From positions 112,642-176,641 of IMG/VR virus record IMGVR_UViG_3300012943_000028: 64,000 nucleotides of DNA, one strand, 5' to 3'. The first letter of the stretch is position 1. Each line of letters opens with the position of its first letter. Of this stretch, positions 59,453-64,000 are shown piece by piece. This DNA comes from a virus (Duplodnaviria; Heunggongvirae; Uroviricota; Caudoviricetes). The position numbers were made by a program, and so were the translations under genes. Below the pieces are notes generated by a model, which was not told the origin of the DNA, did no database searches, and was given only the letters and a program-made list of their open reading frames with translations.

Positions 59453-60027
59453 CTTTGTTCCACCGATTCCATGATGAGGGTGATCTCCGTTGCTCTCCAC
59501 CTTGGTGAAGTGAAGCGCATCGGCTTGAAGGGAAGGTTGTTCTCGATGATGAAGGTCTTGATTGACTCTTCAACTGGTGCGCGTGACGCAAGGTCCGCCC
59601 GGTTCGGTTCTTCAACGAACGGAATCTCCGCCACCATCGGAACGAAGACGAATTCAGCGTAGCGCTGGCTGAGGCGCAGAAGGTCTGCCTTGTACTTGAC
59701 AGCACGTGGATCGTTCTCTGAGTCGATACCGAGACGACCACACCACATCTTGGTGTAGGCCCATAGATCAGCAGGAGTTCTTTCAACTAGAGTCGGAACC
59801 TTGATGTCGGCATCACGCGCATCCATTGCAGCGAGGACAGCATCCTGAAGAGCCCACATGTTGTCAGCACTTTCCTGAGCACGTGCTAGCGTATCCCACC
59901 CAAGAGCCTTCTGCGCTGTGCGAGACAGCTGAACACGACAGACTGGATGCCCATCAACTTCAGCTGCGTTAGCAATGGTGCTCTTTCCAGTGCCATGGGT
60001 TCCAGTCAAACCTACGATAAGATTCAT
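59443..60027 (-). CDS. P-loop nucleotide kinase-like (AAA_28, NadR/Ttd14-like)
   Basis: GTHGTGKST and ERTPADLWAY; start re-called at ATG 60027 after GAAGGAG. Confidence 0.75.
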   Translation of the reverse strand: MNLIVGLTGTHGTGKSTIANAAEVDGHPVCRVQLSRTAQKALGWDTLARAQESADNMWALQDAVLAAMDARDADIKVPTLVERTPADLWAYTKMWCGRLGIDSENDPRAVKYKADLLRLSQRYAEFVFVPMVAEIPFVEEPNRADLASRAPVEESIKTFIIENNLPFKPMRFTSPRWRATEITLIMESVEQRWL

Positions 60028-60644
60028 GTTGCTCCTTCGACCATCACGTAGATTGACACGAAGAGCGTTAGAAGCGCCATCATGAATCCATTGAGGATGT
60101 GCCAGATGAAATGAGTTCCAGTCGGAAGGTGAACGTCCCTGTCCACAACCCGAAATACAAGGGCCCCTGCGGCCAAAATTCCTGCTATCACGAGGTGTGG
60201 ATGTCCACTTTTGTACCACACGCAAGAACCGCAGAACAAGAGAAGAATGATAACGGGGATGTAATCAGCAGACCCGTTCATCGCCTTGCCAAACTTCCAA
60301 TCAAACAGGATGTTCAGCGTGAAAAATGTTATCATGACTCCAGCTGTAACAAGTGGCTGGAAGCCCATCATAAAATGTGCCCACACGAATACGTAGAAGA
60401 TCGTCCACACAACAATCGACAGCGTATCTCCAAGCAGAGTCATTCGACACGGTCGAGCGTGGTAAAGCGATGAGGCAATACCAACTATCGAGATGCCAGT
60501 AGACAGAATGCCATCAACCCATGATCGACAAAAAGGCATGGTGAGCAGCGTTGCAGCAAAGAACGCAATGTTGCTCAGAAGATTGATCGGCTCGGCTAGC
60601 AACCCTTGGTTGGTGCCACGCTCTTTATATGTGTCGAGCTCCAT
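60024..60644 (-). CDS. alkaline ceramidase-family (CREST) multi-pass membrane hydrolase
   Basis: AEPINLLSN, SSLYH, D and THFIWH motifs; about 7 hydrophobic helices. Confidence 0.8.
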   Translation of the reverse strand: MELDTYKERGTNQGLLAEPINLLSNIAFFAATLLTMPFCRSWVDGILSTGISIVGIASSLYHARPCRMTLLGDTLSIVVWTIFYVFVWAHFMMGFQPLVTAGVMITFFTLNILFDWKFGKAMNGSADYIPVIILLLFCGSCVWYKSGHPHLVIAGILAAGALVFRVVDRDVHLPTGTHFIWHILNGFMMALLTLFVSIYVMVEGAT

Positions 60645-61178
60645 TTACCCCGCCAGTCTGCTACCCCTCAACAGCTCAATCAGGCCGTAGTACTTGTCAT
60701 CGGGGAAGAACACGATCTTCGGCTCGAAGCCAACATCAGTGCCAGTGTCGTACTGGTACGTGTAAATCTTGCGACCCTCAAATTTTTCACTGAGCTCCTT
60801 GGTCAGCTCAGCATCGAACTGCGCACCGAAGATGAAGTCGGGAATGACGGCGCCAACGCACGTCTGAATTCCACGCAGCGCACCATCGCTTTCGAAGAAA
60901 GATGCCCATGGCAGGTCTGTGCGTGAGATGACGCCCATGGCGTTTGCGACACCGTCAGCATCACCACCGTTCAGGATAATGAAGGTCTTGTGCTTGTCTG
61001 CCCACTCGTTCACGACATAGGCGCGCTTCTCGTCATCTTCACTGACCTCGTCGGCCTGGTCGAACGCATACTTGCGGACGAGATCAACAGCGCAATGACC
61101 TGTCTGGATGCCCTGCTGGATCGAGGACAGGTAGAAGTTGACGAAGCAGTAGAAGCGGAGTTCCATCAGGTCGGTCAT
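60645..61178 (-). CDS. peptidyl-tRNA hydrolase PTH2-like phage protein
   Basis: YLSSIQQGIQTGH, W...HKTFIILNGG and FFES. Confidence 0.6.
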   Translation of the reverse strand: MTDLMELRFYCFVNFYLSSIQQGIQTGHCAVDLVRKYAFDQADEVSEDDEKRAYVVNEWADKHKTFIILNGGDADGVANAMGVISRTDLPWASFFESDGALRGIQTCVGAVIPDFIFGAQFDAELTKELSEKFEGRKIYTYQYDTGTDVGFEPKIVFFPDDKYYGLIELLRGSRLAG

Positions 61179-61207
61179 GATGCGGGTTCTCGCAGAGTTG
61201 TCTGTCT

Positions 61208-61237
61208 ATTGTACAATGCAGGTTATCTAACGTACAC
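61208..61237 (-). promoter_or_regulatory. early promoter
   Basis: GTGTAC-N18-TACAAT. Confidence 0.5.
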
Positions 61238-62574
61238 TAGGTTCTTCCAATCAGCATGAACCTGTTGTACTGCGGGAACTGGCGCGTGCCCTCGTACAGA
61301 CTTTCGGAAAGTTTCAGGAGGTGCTTAAGCTGGTGAACCGACGTGACACATGACACGTGACCTTCACCATCAGCAAAGTTGTTGTTCTGCACGATCACGA
61401 TCTTCCCAGCCGGAATTCCTTCTCTCCATCTAGCGATGTCTGGGATATGTTCTGATGACGTGTTGATGATGACGTCAAACTTCGTGTAGTCTACATCGTA
61501 CATGTCCATCGTCATCGTCGTGAAGGCATAGTCGTAGTTCAACTTCTCAGCAATACGGTTTGAACGGGCATCTAGGTCGACGCTTGTAACGTGTAGAGGA
61601 AGTTCCCATGTGTTCATCATGAGGGCCAGGGTTCCAATCCAGCCACCAAGGATCGCCACACGAAGAGGCTGCTCTTTAGATTCAACGTGAATGTAGCCAA
61701 GCTTCATAAGCTTGTCAAGCTCCTCAATGAGCCACACCTTACTGAGCAGCTGACCATCAGACAGCGCATCACGCAGCTCCATCAGCGGTAGCTTTTGCGC
61801 CACATACGGATCATAGAGCGCTGATGCAATTCTTGTAGTGAAGAACAGTTCATGTCTCATCGGATGGTTCTCTTTTGGAAGTGGTGATGTGTCTTCATCA
61901 AGCTGCGGGTGTCTAACCTTGAAGCTGTGGTTCATAAGGTCATGGTCGTTGATGAACATCAGGTCATTCTTGCGCTTGGCTTCTTCAACACCGTCAGTTG
62001 CACCAGCAACAATGTACTCTCTAAACTCACAGTCATTTGGGTTAAGCCAGCGCTCTAGTCGTTCACGCGCTTCAGCCTGAATAAAGCCCTCGCCGCTGTT
62101 GGCTGTCGTATAAAGCTTCACGGCCTCACGATAGGCACCACGGTACGAACGGAACGGGTCTGAATTGAAACGGGTAACGCATGATAGCTCAGGTAGAATC
62201 TTGACGTTCGCTGTCAGCGTCGTTGAGAAGTCAAGCTGCGATGTTACGTTCTTGAAGAAGCGCTTGTTGAACAGTTTGACACCACCATAACCATAGCTCG
62301 CGCCGATGGCAGGGTTTTCAGCATACCAGATGTGAACGTATTCCTCATCATAGGACTGTGGTTTGTAGCTGAAGTCGAACGAATCGTCGATCTCGGCATC
62401 GCCGTCAACTACGTAGAAGAACCTGGTGTGAGAGCGATTTGCCGCTTCAATGTGGGCGTTAGCGATACCCTTCACGCCATGGACTCGCTTCGAATGCGGG
62501 AAGCGATCCTTCAACCTACGCCAATTGATGTCAGCGTTTGGTTCGTCATATGAGATGAAGATGATGTCTAGCAT
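61237..62574 (-). CDS. GT-A glycosyltransferase-like / class I SAM methyltransferase fusion
   Basis: N-terminal FISYDEP, GVKGI..AH and VVDGD (DxD); C-terminal ILGGWIG, SVDLD and INTSSEH; start re-called at ATG 62574. Confidence 0.7.
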   Translation of the reverse strand: MLDIIFISYDEPNADINWRRLKDRFPHSKRVHGVKGIANAHIEAANRSHTRFFYVVDGDAEIDDSFDFSYKPQSYDEEYVHIWYAENPAIGASYGYGGVKLFNKRFFKNVTSQLDFSTTLTANVKILPELSCVTRFNSDPFRSYRGAYREAVKLYTTANSGEGFIQAEARERLERWLNPNDCEFREYIVAGATDGVEEAKRKNDLMFINDHDLMNHSFKVRHPQLDEDTSPLPKENHPMRHELFFTTRIASALYDPYVAQKLPLMELRDALSDGQLLSKVWLIEELDKLMKLGYIHVESKEQPLRVAILGGWIGTLALMMNTWELPLHVTSVDLDARSNRIAEKLNYDYAFTTMTMDMYDVDYTKFDVIINTSSEHIPDIARWREGIPAGKIVIVQNNNFADGEGHVSCVTSVHQLKHLLKLSESLYEGTRQFPQYNRFMLIGRT

Positions 62575-62579
62575 GCGGA

Positions 62580-62587
62580 TATTTACC
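62580..62587 (-). promoter_or_regulatory. late-type promoter
   Basis: GCGG-TAAATAT-CCGC immediately before the ATG. Confidence 0.45.
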
Positions 62588-62620
62588 GCCGCTGACGCAA
62601 CCTGTTGTCGATTACAGGTT

Positions 62621-62654
62621 AGAAGAGGCGCACACAATCCCTAGCGTGCGCCTC
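62621..62654 (-). terminator. hairpin, possible terminator
   Basis: GAGGCGCAC-N12-GTGCGCCTC then TTCT on the - strand. Confidence 0.45.
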
Positions 62655-62660
62655 CGGTTT

Positions 62661-62858
62661 TTAGTTGCCGAACTTTACTGGCTTCCAAGCCGAGAAGGTG
62701 CCGTTGCGGAACTTGTTGCGGTATGACAGCGTATAGCTACGACCGTCGGAACCCAGCAGGCTCATGTCCTTGGTTGCTGGGGTTGCGTTGAGTTTGACAG
62801 CGATCTCGGTGTCTACGACGACATTTCCGATGAGAGCATTGACAATTGCGTCGAGCAT
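62661..62858 (-). CDS. hypothetical protein (65 aa)
   Basis: ATG 62858 after AAGGAG. Confidence 0.6.
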   Translation of the reverse strand: MLDAIVNALIGNVVVDTEIAVKLNATPATKDMSLLGSDGRSYTLSYRNKFRNGTFSAWKPVKFGN

Positions 62859-62868
62859 GGTGTTCTCC

Positions 62869-63117
62869 TTACACGAAGCCCTTAATGACCTTGCGGTCAA
62901 GAAGGCCGATTGTTACACCCTGATCAGCCGATGCAGCAACGCAAGCATCGATCACCGACTGGTTCAGAATAGAACTCAAACCAACAGTGAACTGACCACT
63001 GCCACCGTCCGAGGCAGCTGCCGATCCATTGGAAGAGCACCAGTGATAGTTTACATAGATGTGATTGTCATCGTCACCAGGAAATACGTCATCAACGATG
63101 ATGCAGATAGTAGCCAT
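62869..63117 (-). CDS. hypothetical protein
   Basis: AAGGAG RBS; GTTAAATA late-like box at 63158-63165. Confidence 0.65.
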   Translation of the reverse strand: MATICIIVDDVFPGDDDNHIYVNYHWCSSNGSAAASDGGSGQFTVGLSSILNQSVIDACVAASADQGVTIGLLDRKVIKGFV

Positions 63118-63189
63118 GTAATACTCCTTACCCTAAGCTCGAATGCTTAGGCGTGCGTATTTAACAGCGGCTACAAATAGAATCGATTT

Positions 63190-63471
63190 TCAGTGCTTAA
63201 ACCCGAAAATCCTTTCAAGCAGTGGGCGCCGATATACGCAGCGCAGTGAGAAGATGGATGCGACTGGTGCCATCATCGGCTGAACACCAACGATGCTCGC
63301 GGCGATCTGACCAGGTATGATCTTGCGGATCATTGGAATGATGATGCTCTTGAAGGTGTTGGCAACAGGTGGGCGTGGTATCACCACCTCTGAAGCGATG
63401 ACCATCTTTGGTGCCAAAGGGATGGCAGCGATTGAAGCTGCCATCCCAAAGAACGCGCGACGGCTGATCAT
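63190..63471 (-). CDS. Tat-signal-like peptide fused to a major-capsid (gp23) Gol-region fragment
   Basis: SRRAFF plus h-region; IIPMIRKIIPGQIAASIVGVQPMMAPVASIFSLR; TGATG-coupled to the RNA ligase. Confidence 0.7.
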   Translation of the reverse strand: MISRRAFFGMAASIAAIPLAPKMVIASEVVIPRPPVANTFKSIIIPMIRKIIPGQIAASIVGVQPMMAPVASIFSLRCVYRRPLLERIFGFKH

Positions 63472-64000
63472 CAATCCTTTTCCTTCATAAGGAAGAGGTT
63501 GCTGATGGCCTTGAAGCTGAACTTACCGTCGAGCCGCTTGAACACCACGCCTTCACGGATTGGGTTCTTCAGGCTTGGGCCTTCTGCAAACTTCAACAGA
63601 TCATCGACAGTAGCAAGGCCCAGCTCCTCAAGCGACACGTCAGCGTGCAGCACCGGAACGTGGAACACCTTGTTGCTGAGCTTTGTCATTACCTCTGCAC
63701 GTTCAGTTGCTGTGAGGTACTCGCCAGTGTCAAGGTTCTGCATATCAAACACGAAGAGCGCATGGCCCTTCAGTTGTTCACGGTTCTTCTGGATGCCCTC
63801 ACCCATCACCTCACCCTGAATTGCGATATTACCGAGGTTTGGCAGATCACGGTCTAGACCGAGCTCGCGCAGTATCTTGATGAACGTGTTGTCCTTGTTG
63901 TCCTCATTGACCTTCAGCTGGAGGTTGCGACTACACACGCCAACGGTGCCGTTGTAGTGGAAGAATGTACCACTTGTGCCGTCGAGCTTCACAGTGACCT
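63471..64000 (-). CDS. RNA ligase (Rnl2/DRB0094-like), 5' part outside window
   Basis: VKLDGTS, QGEVMG, FVFD, REGVVFK and SFKAISN motifs. Confidence 0.88.
   Translation of the reverse strand, partial: VTVKLDGTSGTFFHYNGTVGVCSRNLQLKVNEDNKDNTFIKILRELGLDRDLPNLGNIAIQGEVMGEGIQKNREQLKGHALFVFDMQNLDTGEYLTATERAEVMTKLSNKVFHVPVLHADVSLEELGLATVDDLLKFAEGPSLKNPIREGVVFKRLDGKFSFKAISNLFLMKEKD

Noticed and set aside
60024-60644. Low-GC island indicating recent transfer of the ceramidase gene
   Set aside because: Three hand-counted 60-nt lines gave 43-52% GC, a modest dip that membrane-protein codon content could explain; not enough to claim
1-64000. Alternative genetic code or stop-codon reassignment as in some jumbo phages
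   Set aside because: Core genes are full length in code 11 and TAA, TAG and TGA all end genes at tightly packed boundaries

Overview
This 64-kb window comes from a large, T4-related (jumbo-type) lytic myophage of a diderm host and uses the standard genetic code. A + strand late module (6.7-39.1 kb) encodes baseplate proteins (gp48/54-, gp53-, gp5-, gp25- and gp6-like plus 2953-aa and 1289-aa giants), fibre proteins, an i/o-spanin pair and an M23/SLT hydrolase. It is flanked by - strand replication and accessory genes: gp46/gp47, gp55 late sigma, gp41 helicase, gp61 primase, RNase H, probable clamp, family-B polymerase, DsbA, exonucleases and an RNA ligase. Two promoter classes are visible: GTTTAC-like-N17/18-TATAAT early promoters and NATAAATA late promoters. 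The most unusual signals are (i) a 93-aa Tat-signal protein carrying only the Gol-peptide region of a T4-type major capsid protein, plus a catalytically dead prohead-protease copy, both possible decoys against virion-sensing immunity; (ii) an operon of a minimal class II aminoacyl-tRNA-synthetase core, a MazG-like pyrophosphatase and a nucleoside deoxyribosyltransferase-like enzyme; (iii) an intact alkaline-ceramidase (CREST) family gene inside an early operon; (iv) a late glycosyltransferase-methyltransferase fusion; and (v) a 1003-aa ligase-fold late protein with repeated putative cleavage motifs. All family calls rest on motif recognition by eye; no database search was run. No tRNA, rRNA, CRISPR array or mobile element was recognised.
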